DNA of 64,000 nt from Lachnospiraceae bacterium (lineage in GTDB: Bacteria > Bacillota > Clostridia > Lachnospirales > Lachnospiraceae). The position numbers were made by a program, and so were the translations under genes. The stretch lies in the NCBI GenBank assembly GCA_017474455.1, contig JAFVHP010000029.1, forward strand, positions 16,942-80,941, written 5' to 3'. Each line of letters opens with the position of its first letter. Within the stretch, counting starts at the first letter, position 1. The notes below the pieces were generated by a model, which saw only the letters and a list, made by a program, of their open reading frames with translations, did no database searches and was not told the origin of the DNA. Positions 39,269-49,552 of the stretch are shown here, one piece after another.

Positions 39269-39738
39269 ATGCGTCAAACCTGAATATCGTGCTGTTCGAG
39301 CCCGGCATAGCTCTCAATACCGGCAATATAGGGCGGACCTGTGCGGCGACCGGCAGTGCGCTGCATCTGATCAGGCCGTTCGGCTTCCGCCTGAATGAAA
39401 AGGAGATCAAACGCGCCGGTATGGATTACTGGGAGCGGATCGAAGTTCATGACTATATCAATTACCGGGATTTTCTGGAACGCAATCCCGAAGCCCGTAT
39501 CTTTTATGCAACGACCAAAACGGACAGGCTGTATACCGAAGCCCGGTTTGCACCGGGTGACTACATCATGTTCGGTAATGAGTCCCGGGGGATCAGGCCG
39601 GAGATCCTTAAGAAAAATGAAGACATGTGCATCCGGATACCGATGCTGCCGGATGAACGGTGCCTGAATCTGGCCAATTCTGCTGCGGTAGTGCTGTATG
39701 AGGCGCTGCGGCAGTGCGGTTTTTCCGGCCTTTCATAG
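39265..39738 (+). CDS. trmL: tRNA (cytidine(34)-2'-O)-methyltransferase
   Basis: LFEPGIALNTGNIGRTC, AGMDYW, MFGNESRG, RIPM..RCLNLANSAAVVLYEA. Confidence 0.92.
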   Translation: MNASNLNIVLFEPGIALNTGNIGRTCAATGSALHLIRPFGFRLNEKEIKRAGMDYWERIEVHDYINYRDFLERNPEARIFYATTKTDRLYTEARFAPGDYIMFGNESRGIRPEILKKNEDMCIRIPMLPDERCLNLANSAAVVLYEALRQCGFSGLS

Positions 39739-39774
39739 ATCATACAGGGGAGCCCGGTTTTTAGAATTTGAGTC

Positions 39775-39804
39775 TTGCGCATTTGCATAATGCGTGCTTA
39801 TAAT
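39775..39804 (+). promoter_or_regulatory. Putative sigma-A promoter of the adhesin gene
   Basis: TTGCGC-N18-TATAAT, with an imperfect palindrome GCGCATT-tgcat-AATGCGT over the -35/spacer. Confidence 0.5.
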
Positions 39805-40017
39805 ATCTTCACATGATCCGGGACAGCCTTGTCCCGGGACATGCTTATCACCGCCACATGGCCATGTGGAATGAATGCCGTGCAAAAGATCCTGCACATT
39901 CCGGGCATTCATGATTTCCAGTTTTATTTTTGTTAGTGAACAGTTGAAATCTGTCGCCGGCTGCGGTCCTGTCTTTGCGCTGTGACTGTTTATCACGCCG
40001 GAGATCTAAGGAGGAAT

Positions 40018-43000
40018 ATGAGATACGCTTTAAAGCGGGCGCTTTGCACCCTTTTATTAATGTTACTCATTTTTGGCAGTACAGTCCGGCCTGTTCTGGC
40101 AGAAGAGACGGAAACAGCCCCTGACGGGGAGGCAGCCGGAGCACTGGAAGAGACGGGTCAGATGGCCATTTTTGATGAGGAGCCTTCGCTGGACACCGGC
40201 TATGAAGCCGATACGGAGGATGATGACAGTGCCGGTGAGGCAATAACGGATATCGTAAATGAACAGGCGGACCGTGAGACAGGATCTGCAGAAGACGAAA
40301 CCGTTCAGGGAACCGGGACGGAAGATGTGACAGCACAGGACGATCCGGCAGATGAAGAACCTGCGGATAACACGGAGGAACCCGGGACAGACATTGAACT
40401 GGAGACCAATACGGGACCGGCAGAAGCGGATACCGGGGAAGGAGATGACGCCGGGCCGGCCGGCGGACGTAAGGAAGATCCGCAGGAGGAAGGATCACTT
40501 CGGGAAGACATCATAATTGAGGAGGAGCCGGCAGGTGAGGAACCGTTCAGCGATGAAAGCGTTTTTGCAGCGCCGATGCTGGCATCACCGGAGACCATGA
40601 TAAAAGCAGTGGACTTTCCGGGCATCACATTGATCCGGAAGGGGTCTGAAATGGATTCGAAATACGCCTCCGGTATCAAATGGACGACGAAATCAAAGGT
40701 GACCTTCTTTGCGGATCCCGGTTACACCTATTCGATCGGGAATAAAGTCCTTAGAGCGGCTGCATATGAGGACGGACAGCCTTCGCTGGGAACTATCGTT
40801 GCATGGGCCATACTGCCCGAGACAGAAGCTGCTTCCGGACATATCGGCGCCTGGGTATCAAATGCGGGCGTTTACAAGGGTGATCCGGTGGACATTAAGG
40901 AGACGTTCTACTGGGAACCTGCCAGTTTTGATTCCGAATCGTTCCAGCCGGTGATCCTGGTCGGAGTCAACTACACCACCAGCAACCTGATCAACGGCTT
41001 CAGGGATTACAGCGGTTATACAGTCAGGTTCGAGGTATACAGGCACTCGGATCATTCCGCTCCCATAGCTGTCGATACAGCCGTTATGATCGGTGATATC
41101 GACGATTACCAGCAGATGCATCTGCAGAAATCAGACAACATCGGCCAGATACAGGTCACTTCCGATTCGAGGATCTATTTCGCGGAAGCGGCCGGCAGGT
41201 ATATCGGCTACGCGGCAGATAATTATTCTGTCGATTATCCCGAAGATTCGTTCCGCGCGGAATTTGATGCCGTAAAGGAATTCTATGTGACGTACGGACT
41301 GGGGGTTTCCGTCAATATCGGCTTTATGAACCGGATGGACCCGAACCTGTATTTTGACGATGAAAAAAACGCAGCGATCGCAAGAGCGTACAGGGCAAAT
41401 ATCGATAATTTCCGTACGCTGAACAACGGGGACAACTGGTACGGGCTTTACGGTGTAGGATACTGGAATACCAGAAGTTACGGCAGTTATACCGTGCCGG
41501 TCCCCGTCAAAAAAGCTTCCGACAGTGACGAAACGGACGTTACCAGGCATACCGTATCCGAAAATGAGCCTTTCAGTTACCAGATCGCCGTCACGATCCC
41601 GGATGAATACGCCGATTACTATTATGATGAATTCTCGATGACCGATACACTGCCGGAGGGGATCGCTTACACATCTTCACGCGTGATCGACGACGGGGAT
41701 AACGATGTGACCTCCAGGTTCACTGTCATATCGGAAGGCCAGAAGCTCACAGCTTCCCTGAAGGATCCGAAGGACGCCGGATTTTATAATAATTCCTACC
41801 GGTGGCTGATCGATGTCTGTCCTGTTGAAGATATACAGAGCGGCACGTTCTTCAATACGGCAGCTGTCCATGTGAAAAGAGGTGAGGAAGTCACCGACAG
41901 AGTTTCAAACAGAGTCGAGACCGTAGTCATGAGGTCGCTGTTCAATATCGATACGTCGGTCACCGGCGGCACGATCGATCCGTCTGTCCGCGGGGTCCGC
42001 AGCGGCGATACGAGGGTGATCCGCTACGGACCGGATGAGGGGAGATTCCTTGCACAGCTTCTGGTGGACGGAAAAGATACCGCATTCAGTCCTGACCAGA
42101 CGCAGACAGTCTTTGAGAACATACAGGAAGACAGATCAGTCCATGCCGTCTTTTCTTTGTATCCGGTGAAAAAGGCCCGGGATGAAGACGGAAACGACAT
42201 CAACGGCAAGGCTGTCGTTAAGGGAAGCGTGATCAGGTATGAGATCACCGCATATAACGCATCCGACCGGAACATGACATGTACTGTCACGGATAATATC
42301 CCCGGAGAGCTGATGTTCATCAGTGCGGACAATAACGGAAAGGCCAGAGAGAACAGCAGCGGCACGGAAGTCGTGTGGGAGAACATAATTTTACCGGCCG
42401 GAGGAGAAAGCACGGTATCCTTTACGGCAAAAGCTGTTTCGACCGGAAAGGCACTGAATACGGCAGAAGTGCGGTATCCGACGATGGAGGGACCGGTAAA
42501 GACCAACGAGACCCTTATCTGCATCCCGGAGGATCCGGTCAAGAGTTCATCATCGGAAGGGAAGATCATCCTGCCCGGCGATGAGATCACTTATTCCGTA
42601 ACTGTGTCGAATCCGTATGATATTGCGAAACAGATCACGATCAGGGACAGGATACCGGAGTATGCCGATTTTGTCAGCGCGGACAGCGGCGGGCAGTATA
42701 CAGAGGGCACAGTAGTCTGGAACGTCGATGCCGCAGCACGTTCAACCGTCCGGGTGACCCTGACTGTCAGAGCTGCTGCCGACAGCAGCGGACAGGTACT
42801 GGATAATACTGCCGAGGCTTTGCTCGACGGACTGCTTCTTAAGTCAAATGAGATCCTGAACGCGGTCCAGGACAGGCCGGTCAAGCTGGTCATGAATGAA
42901 GACGGCATATCGATAGACGGGAAAAGCGTTAAGCCCGGGGAAATACTGTATTACACCATTTCCTTCAGGAATCCGTCGACAGGGGACAAGACCTATACCA

Positions 43001-43386
43001 TTACAGACCGCATCCCCGCAGGGACGGAACTGGTCACGGTTTCGGAATCCGGCGTCAGAAAGGGTGACGAGCTGATATGGACTGTTACTGTTCCGGCGGG
43101 AATGGAGTACGAAGCCGGCTTCTGCGTCAGCGCAAAGGAAAAGGGGGTCGCGATCGACAACGCGGCATCCGTCAGCACAGACGGTATCACTATCGATACA
43201 AATAAGACAGTCAACGCCACACTCAAAGATCCTGTCAAGACAGTGCGCGATCCAGAAGGAAATGATGCGGACAGAATGATCGGGATCACCGGCAGTGAAC
43301 TGGACTATTCGATCAGTGTTGCCAATCCTTTCAGTGTTCCAAAGACCGTGTTCCTCAGCGACGTTCTGCCGAAAGGCGCTCATTAA
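40018..43386 (+). CDS. Large secreted adhesin, N-terminal part (signal peptide, acidic linker, putative adhesin domain, isopeptide/DUF11-type Ig repeats); ends at a frameshift-derived stop
   Basis: RBS AAGGAGG before ATG 40018. Signal peptide ending VLA-EET. Repeats PVK..G..I.Y.I..N..D.IP..N.A..TN. Confidence 0.85.
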   Translation: MRYALKRALCTLLLMLLIFGSTVRPVLAEETETAPDGEAAGALEETGQMAIFDEEPSLDTGYEADTEDDDSAGEAITDIVNEQADRETGSAEDETVQGTGTEDVTAQDDPADEEPADNTEEPGTDIELETNTGPAEADTGEGDDAGPAGGRKEDPQEEGSLREDIIIEEEPAGEEPFSDESVFAAPMLASPETMIKAVDFPGITLIRKGSEMDSKYASGIKWTTKSKVTFFADPGYTYSIGNKVLRAAAYEDGQPSLGTIVAWAILPETEAASGHIGAWVSNAGVYKGDPVDIKETFYWEPASFDSESFQPVILVGVNYTTSNLINGFRDYSGYTVRFEVYRHSDHSAPIAVDTAVMIGDIDDYQQMHLQKSDNIGQIQVTSDSRIYFAEAAGRYIGYAADNYSVDYPEDSFRAEFDAVKEFYVTYGLGVSVNIGFMNRMDPNLYFDDEKNAAIARAYRANIDNFRTLNNGDNWYGLYGVGYWNTRSYGSYTVPVPVKKASDSDETDVTRHTVSENEPFSYQIAVTIPDEYADYYYDEFSMTDTLPEGIAYTSSRVIDDGDNDVTSRFTVISEGQKLTASLKDPKDAGFYNNSYRWLIDVCPVEDIQSGTFFNTAAVHVKRGEEVTDRVSNRVETVVMRSLFNIDTSVTGGTIDPSVRGVRSGDTRVIRYGPDEGRFLAQLLVDGKDTAFSPDQTQTVFENIQEDRSVHAVFSLYPVKKARDEDGNDINGKAVVKGSVIRYEITAYNASDRNMTCTVTDNIPGELMFISADNNGKARENSSGTEVVWENIILPAGGESTVSFTAKAVSTGKALNTAEVRYPTMEGPVKTNETLICIPEDPVKSSSSEGKIILPGDEITYSVTVSNPYDIAKQITIRDRIPEYADFVSADSGGQYTEGTVVWNVDAAARSTVRVTLTVRAAADSSGQVLDNTAEALLDGLLLKSNEILNAVQDRPVKLVMNEDGISIDGKSVKPGEILYYTISFRNPSTGDKTYTITDRIPAGTELVTVSESGVRKGDELIWTVTVPAGMEYEAGFCVSAKEKGVAIDNAASVSTDGITIDTNKTVNATLKDPVKTVRDPEGNDADRMIGITGSELDYSISVANPFSVPKTVFLSDVLPKGAH

Positions 43387-45010
43387 TGTTTCGGCAGAAC
43401 CGGAGGCAGACCAGGACGGAGACAGGCTCAGCTGGACTCTGGAACTTGGACCCGGTGAAGAAAGATCGGTCACTGTCAGGATCAGGATAAAAAAGGACGC
43501 TGAGAATACGATACTGAAAAACACAGCCTCAGCCGAGTTTGATGAAACAGTCAGTTCCAATACGGTCATGAATCCTGTACAGGCGGAACCGGAAAAGGAA
43601 GTCCTGGACGAAGACGGCAGTGTTTACGAGGATGAAGCCGTATACTGCAGCCAGATACTGACGTACAGGATCAGTTTCAGGAATCCGGCCGAAGAACAGA
43701 AGACATACAGGATCACGGACAGAGTGCCCGCCGGCACCGAATATATCGATGCGGACAGCGGCGGCGCCTTCGACGGGCATAAAGTCATATGGGACATGTT
43801 ATGCGGACCGGGAGAGAGTGCGGCGGTCTCCTTCAGGGTGAAAGTGACCGGTGAGGATACAGTCCTGAAGAACCGGGCAGTCATCGAGGCTGACGGCACG
43901 GAACTCTCTACCAATGAAGTCGTCAATACAGTTCCGCCGGCGCCCGAAAAGGCGGTATATGACCTGTCAGGAGAAGATGTTGACGGTAAGGCGGTTTTCG
44001 CGGGGGCTGAACTTGTCTACACAGTTACGGTGAAAAACCCGTTTGCCGCGGACCGGGAGTATCATATCGAGGACAGCCTTCCTGCCGCCTGCAGTTTTAT
44101 CGAATGCAGCGATGCGGGATATGAGGAAAAGGGAACCGTCTACTGGGATCTTACTGTTCCGGCCGGGAGTGAAAAAACGGTGACATGTACAGTCGCGGCC
44201 GGGAATGAAAACAGCAGTTTTGAGAATGAGGCAGGGATCGAGAACCATGCCTTCGTTACAAGCGGGAAATGGAAGGCACAGACGAATAGTGTTGTCAATT
44301 ATATAGCGGAAAAGCCGGTCAAGGAAGTCTTTTATGACGACGGCCGTCCGGCGGACGGTTTATCCGTTAGGCTGGGCGATATCCTGGATTTCAGGATCAC
44401 TTATACAAATCCCGGGGATGCTTCGGAAACGGAGATCACGATCATCGACCGTTATCCCGCGGATATGCTGGAGTTTATCAGCGCCGGCAGCGAAGGGATC
44501 CACAGCAGGGACGAAAAAGGTTACAAAGTGGAATGGAAGGCGAAAGCCTCTCCCGGGGAGTCGGTGACAGTATCATTCAAGGCCAGAGTTATATGGAATG
44601 ACCGTTCGATATGCAACATTGCTGATGCTGTTCTGAACGGCAGCCGCAGTGCCTCTGATCCGGTTGTGGTCCATCCGCTGGCGCAGCCGGTCAAAAGAGT
44701 AACTTACCGGGGAGACGATATTAACGGAGGCCTGGTTCTGAGGGGAGATATGGTCGAATATACGCTCCTCGTAAAGAATCCCTGTGACGTTGAAAGGCGT
44801 TTCATACTTTCTGATGACCTGGACAGCAGCCTTATTCCGGAAACGGGCGGCAGCAGGTATGAAACAGAATTTACACTGGCTGCACATGAAGAGAGGCAGT
44901 TTTCGATCAGGGCTGTATTAAGGGCGGATACGGTACCCGGAAGCATAATAAAAAACACTGCGCATCTTTCCTGCGACGGTCTGAGGCTTACGTCCAATGA
45001 AGTGTCATTT
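41500..45010 (+). repeat. Nine diverged ~105-125-aa isopeptide-type Ig repeats within the adhesin
   Basis: Repeats begin PVKKASD, PVKKARD, PVKSSSS, PVKLVMN, PVKTVRD, PEKEVLD, PEKAVYD, PVKEVFY, PVKRVTY. Most end in a [ST]N.V motif. Confidence 0.8.
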
Positions 45011-45235
45011 ACCGCCGTGGAAGGGCCGTCACCCATCGATCCGGGATCGGATACGCCGCAGGATGGTGTCTCTCACACGCTGCCTGACGTGACGGTCCTG
45101 AATACCGGTTACGGCCGGATCATGACCGGAGACGGCAGAAGGCCCCTGCTGTGGGGAGGGATCCTCGGCGCTTCCCTTCTTGCCCTGGGACTCTGGAACA
45201 GAAAAAAACGGAGAAGGCGCCGCAAAATTGTATAA
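43379..45235 (+). pseudogene. Out-of-frame C-terminal part of the same adhesin (rest of repeat 5, four more repeats, sortase signal)
   Basis: Continues the interrupted repeat (LINVSAEP..LSW) in the +1 frame. Ends with IMTGD, a hydrophobic helix and RKKRRRRRK. Confidence 0.85.
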
Positions 45236-45254
45236 AGACAAGTAAGGGATTAAC

Positions 45255-45263
45255 TGCTATAAT
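45255..45263 (+). promoter_or_regulatory. Extended -10 promoter for potABCD
   Basis: TG-c-TATAAT about 120 nt upstream of potA. Confidence 0.5.
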
Positions 45264-45384
45264 GATGCGGATACATTCATTTCTTACAAAACCGCTCAGG
45301 AAGCGGCGATGAGGGGAGCGTGAAAGGATACGGTGTCCGGACAGGGTAAAAGCACCCGGTACGGCGACCGTTATGGAGGACAAA

Positions 45385-46467
45385 ATGGCACAGGAATTGA
45401 TTCGTCTCGAACATATCTCCAAGCAGTTTGACGGCCAGCTCATTCTCGATGATCTGGAACTGGTCATTCATGAAAATGAATTTGTGACCCTGCTTGGTCC
45501 CAGCGGCTGCGGAAAGACTACGACACTCAGGATCATCGGCGGTTTCGAGAAACCTGATGAAGGCCGCGTAATATTTGAAGGGAAGGATATAACGGATCTT
45601 CCGCCATATAAACGCCAGCTAAACACCGTATTCCAGAAGTACGCACTTTTCCCGCATATGGATGTCGCGGCCAATATCGCCTTCGGCCTGCGCATGAGCA
45701 AAAAATCCAAGACCTATATAGACGATAAGATCAAATATGCGCTCAAACTGGTCAATCTTGACGGCTATGAGCACCGCAGTGTTGATTCGCTGAGCGGCGG
45801 CCAGCAGCAGCGTATAGCGATAGCCAGGGCTATCGTGAACGAGCCCAAGGTGCTGCTGCTGGACGAGCCTCTCGGCGCGCTTGACCTTAAAATGCGCCAG
45901 GATATGCAGTACGAACTGATCAGGCTCAAGAAAGAGCTGGGGATCACGTTCCTGTATGTTACCCATGACCAGGAAGAAGCGCTGACCATGTCCGATATGG
46001 TCGTCGTCATGAACCAGGGATACATCCAGCAGATGGGCACTCCCGTTGAAGTGTACAACGAACCCGAGTGCGCATTTGTTGCCGACTTTATCGGTGACAG
46101 CAATATCATCGACTCGGTCATGGTCAGGGACCGGCTGGTCAGGATCATGGGAAAGGAATTCGAATGTGTCGATACCGGGTTCGGGCTTGAAACACCGGTC
46201 GACGTGGTCATCCGGCCCGAAGACGTCATGCTGGTGCCCGCGGACGATGATGATCCGAACGCGCTCAACGGAGTTGTTACGGATATCATTTTCAAAGGTG
46301 TATTCTATGAAGTCAGTGTCATGACTGAAGACTATGAATGGCAGGTGAATTCACTGGATCCGTTCGAAGTCGGAAAAAGGGTAAGGATTACTGTCGACCC
46401 GTTCGATATACAGATCATGAACAAGCCTGTTTCGGAGGACGAGGAGGCGATCGCGAGCTATGATTAA
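45385..46467 (+). CDS. potA: Spermidine/putrescine ABC transporter ATPase
   Basis: GPSGCGKTT, LSGGQQQR, LLLDEP, YVTHDQEEA, FVADFIG. RBS GGAGG before ATG 45385. Confidence 0.95.
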   Translation: MAQELIRLEHISKQFDGQLILDDLELVIHENEFVTLLGPSGCGKTTTLRIIGGFEKPDEGRVIFEGKDITDLPPYKRQLNTVFQKYALFPHMDVAANIAFGLRMSKKSKTYIDDKIKYALKLVNLDGYEHRSVDSLSGGQQQRIAIARAIVNEPKVLLLDEPLGALDLKMRQDMQYELIRLKKELGITFLYVTHDQEEALTMSDMVVVMNQGYIQQMGTPVEVYNEPECAFVADFIGDSNIIDSVMVRDRLVRIMGKEFECVDTGFGLETPVDVVIRPEDVMLVPADDDDPNALNGVVTDIIFKGVFYEVSVMTEDYEWQVNSLDPFEVGKRVRITVDPFDIQIMNKPVSEDEEAIASYD

Positions 46468-47272
46468 GACCCGTCGAGTAAGGAATCTGTTCATGGCTCC
46501 GTTTGCCGTATGGAGCATTCTGTTCATCATCGTCCCGCTCCTTCTTATAGCTGGTTATGCGTTTACTGCGGAAGAGGGCGGCTTCACACTGGCCAATCTT
46601 GCTATTATGGGCCGCTGGGAATACAGAAAGGCACTGTGGCTGTCTGTCGCGCTTGCGCTGGCCAGTACGGTGCTCTGCCTTCTGATCGCTTATCCGCTGT
46701 GCCTTATCCTGGCGCAGTGGAAACTGAAGAAGGGAAGCGAGCTTATACTCCTGTTTGTCCTGCCGCTCTGGATGAATTCACTTCTTTCGACGATGGCATG
46801 GCAGACGATACTGGAAAGGAACGGGCTGATCAACCAGCTGATGAGGCTTTTAGGCCTTCCGGATCTTCATCTGATCAACACGCCTTTCGCGATCGTTCTG
46901 GGTATGATATACAATTTCCTGCCCTATATGATCCTGCCGCTGTATACCGTGCTTTCCGCAATCTCCGTACATCTGAGAGAAGCGGCGCAGGATCTGGGCG
47001 CAGGCCCGTGGCATACGTTCCTGCATGTCATTCTGCCGCTTTCCGTGCCTGGGATCATCAGCGGGATCACTCTGGTGTTTATCCCGTCCCTGACGACATT
47101 CGTTATCAGCGCCATGCTCGGCGGCGGCAAGATACTGCTTATCGGCAATATTATCGAGCAGGAATTCACAGCGACATACAACTGGCATCTGGGCAGCGGC
47201 CTGTCGATGTTCCTGATGATATTTATCATATTCAACATGATCCTGTCGGCAGTGTTCGAACGGAACGAATAG
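46460..47272 (+). CDS. potB: Spermidine/putrescine ABC permease
   Basis: YNFLPYMILPLY, EAAQDLGA, LPLSVPGIISG..FIPSLTTF. Confidence 0.92.
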   Translation: MIKTRRVRNLFMAPFAVWSILFIIVPLLLIAGYAFTAEEGGFTLANLAIMGRWEYRKALWLSVALALASTVLCLLIAYPLCLILAQWKLKKGSELILLFVLPLWMNSLLSTMAWQTILERNGLINQLMRLLGLPDLHLINTPFAIVLGMIYNFLPYMILPLYTVLSAISVHLREAAQDLGAGPWHTFLHVILPLSVPGIISGITLVFIPSLTTFVISAMLGGGKILLIGNIIEQEFTATYNWHLGSGLSMFLMIFIIFNMILSAVFERNE

Positions 47273-47281
47273 GAGGCGGAA

Positions 47282-48079
47282 ATGAAGGAAGTATGGAAAA
47301 AACTGTACGCCCTGTTTGTACTTGTATTCCTGTACGCGCCGATTGCGGTGCTGATCGCCCAGTCTTTCAATGCCAGCCGGTACAGAGGACACTGGACGGG
47401 ATTTACATTACACTGGTACAGCGCTTTATTTGAAAATGAGGAGATCCTTGAAGCTTTCGGCAACACCATGCTGATCGCGTTCATATCCTCAGTTGCCGCC
47501 ACGCTCATTGCGATCGTGACCTGTCTGGCCGCAGCCGCCATGAAAAAGCGCGGCAGGCTCATCGTTACGGGGACCGCGAACATATCCATGCTGAATGCGG
47601 ATATCGTTACCGGTATCTCGCTGATGATGCTGTTCCTGGCATTCGGACTTCGTTTCGGGTTTGGGACAGTACTGCTCTCGCATATTATTTTTAACGTTCC
47701 CTATGCTCTGCTCAATATCCTGCCCGGCGTGATGGCGATGGATAAGGCCAGCTACGAATCTGCGCTGGATCTGGGAGCGACACCGTTCCGGGCTTTCATG
47801 CATGTGACGGTGCCTGAGATTCTGCCCGGCGTTATCAGCGGATTCCTTATGGCTTTCACCATGTCCGCGGATGACTTCATCATTACCCACTTTACGAAGG
47901 GACCGGGTGTCGATACATTGCCGACCAAGATCTATGCCGAACTGAAGATCGGTATTAAACCGGAGATGTACGCACTGACGACGCTGATGACAGGCGCACT
48001 GGTCCTGCTGATGATCCTCCTGCAGATCAACAGGAAGCACAGCAGGAATCTTGCGCAGTCGGTAGAAGCTATATATTGA
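47282..48079 (+). CDS. potC: Spermidine/putrescine ABC permease
   Basis: FLYAPIAVLIAQSFN, ESALDLGATP, SADDFIIT. Confidence 0.92.
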   Translation: MKEVWKKLYALFVLVFLYAPIAVLIAQSFNASRYRGHWTGFTLHWYSALFENEEILEAFGNTMLIAFISSVAATLIAIVTCLAAAAMKKRGRLIVTGTANISMLNADIVTGISLMMLFLAFGLRFGFGTVLLSHIIFNVPYALLNILPGVMAMDKASYESALDLGATPFRAFMHVTVPEILPGVISGFLMAFTMSADDFIITHFTKGPGVDTLPTKIYAELKIGIKPEMYALTTLMTGALVLLMILLQINRKHSRNLAQSVEAIY

Positions 48080-48094
48080 GAAAGGCCATATGGA

Positions 48095-49210
48095 ATGACA
48101 GACAGGTTTGTTCAGGGCAGATCGGTGTTATCTGCAGATATGTGGAAGAGAGCAGCGGCAGCTGTGATCCTTCTTTTCGCAGCGGCGTTCTGTTTTACGG
48201 GCTGCGGGGACGATGAGGATAGTGACCGTGTCGTCTATGTATACAGCTGGGGAGATTATGTCGATCCGGATGCGATAGATATGTTTGAAGAGGAAACGGG
48301 CATTAAGGTCGTACTGGATGAATTTGATACAAACGAGAGCATGTATCCGAGGGTCGCTGCGGGAGCGTCGGATTATGATGTCATATGCCCGTCTGACTAT
48401 ATGATTCAGAAGATGATCGAGAACGACCTTCTGATGCCGCTGAATCATTCGCTTCTTCCCAACGCCACCGAATACGTGGATGAGAGATTCTATAAACTGT
48501 CCGAGTTCTTTGATCCCGGCAACCTGTATTCGGTGCCGTATATGTGGGGCACGATCGGTATTATGTACAACACGACTATGGTGGATGAGCCGGTCGACAG
48601 CTGGAGCATACTATGGGATGAAAAGTATAAGGATAATATCCTGATGCAGGATTCCGTGAGGGACGCGTTTGCCGTGGCGCTCAAGCTCAAAGGGTATTCG
48701 CTCAATACGACAGACCATAAGGAGCTGGAAGAGGCGAGGGATCTTCTGATCGAACAGAAACCGCTCGTTCAGGCGTATGTTGTGGACGAAGTAAGGGATA
48801 AGATGGCTTCGGGCGAAGCCGCGATCGCTGTGATCTATTCAGGGGAAGCGCTGATGCTGACTTTTGAGAATGAGGATCTTGAGTACGCAGTCCCCAAGGA
48901 AGGCACCAATGTCTGGTTTGACAGTTTCGTGATCACGAAGAATGCGGAAAATGTCGAAGAGGCGCACGAATACATCGACTTTATGTGCCGGCCGGAGATC
49001 GCCCTTATGAATTTCGAATATATCACATATTCGTCTCCGGTCACGTGTATAAAGGAAATGGAAGAAGATCCGGATTACAGCGAATCCCCCATTGCATTTC
49101 CGGATATTGACGATTATATGGACCCTGAAGCATTTGAGGCTTGCAAATATCTCGGGAAAGAGATGGATTCTTATCTGGGAAGCCTGTGGATACAGGTCAA
49201 ATCATACTGA
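48095..49210 (+). CDS. potD: Spermidine/putrescine-binding lipoprotein
   Basis: Lipobox FTGC, YSWGDYVDP, FDTNESMY, PSDYM, PYMWGTIGI, PKEGTNVWFD. Confidence 0.92.
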   Translation: MTDRFVQGRSVLSADMWKRAAAAVILLFAAAFCFTGCGDDEDSDRVVYVYSWGDYVDPDAIDMFEEETGIKVVLDEFDTNESMYPRVAAGASDYDVICPSDYMIQKMIENDLLMPLNHSLLPNATEYVDERFYKLSEFFDPGNLYSVPYMWGTIGIMYNTTMVDEPVDSWSILWDEKYKDNILMQDSVRDAFAVALKLKGYSLNTTDHKELEEARDLLIEQKPLVQAYVVDEVRDKMASGEAAIAVIYSGEALMLTFENEDLEYAVPKEGTNVWFDSFVITKNAENVEEAHEYIDFMCRPEIALMNFEYITYSSPVTCIKEMEEDPDYSESPIAFPDIDDYMDPEAFEACKYLGKEMDSYLGSLWIQVKSY

Positions 49211-49552
49211 ACCGGATGAACTGTTCTGTTCGCTGCATCGTACGGCTTCATTATCAATGAGATCGCTTACCGCTGCCTTTCCGTAACGGTCCAGGCAGCG
49301 GTATTCTTCTATCAGCCCGATCTCTTCGGGCGTCGCCTCAAATTCATCTTTTCCGCTGTAATCCAGAAGATAGGAGGCGGGTATGTTCAACGCCCGGCAT
49401 AAAGCCACTATCTGTTCTGCATTAGGTTTGTTCAGACCTCTTTCCCAATTGCTTATAATGCCGGAAGACTTCACGCCTATCCGGGCAGCAAGGTCACTCT
49501 GCAGCATATGGCAGCGCTGTCTGGATTCTTTTATCCTTTCACCGATATTCAT
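49202..49552 (-). CDS. XRE/cI-like HTH transcriptional regulator
   Basis: MNIGERIKESR..QSDLAARIGV..ISNWERG..LCRALNIPASYLL. RBS AAGGAG on the minus strand. Confidence 0.88.
   Translation of the reverse strand: MNIGERIKESRQRCHMLQSDLAARIGVKSSGIISNWERGLNKPNAEQIVALCRALNIPASYLLDYSGKDEFEATPEEIGLIEEYRCLDRYGKAAVSDLIDNEAVRCSEQNSSSGSV

Noticed and set aside
39810-39960. c-di-GMP-I/II, c-di-AMP or ZTP riboswitch
   Set aside because: The conserved sequence blocks of these classes were not found by eye. Kept only as an unassigned structured leader.
43295-43386. Programmed ribosomal frameshift or phase-variable tract in the adhesin
   Set aside because: No slippery heptamer, homopolymer or short tandem repeat at the junction; a simple deletion fits better.
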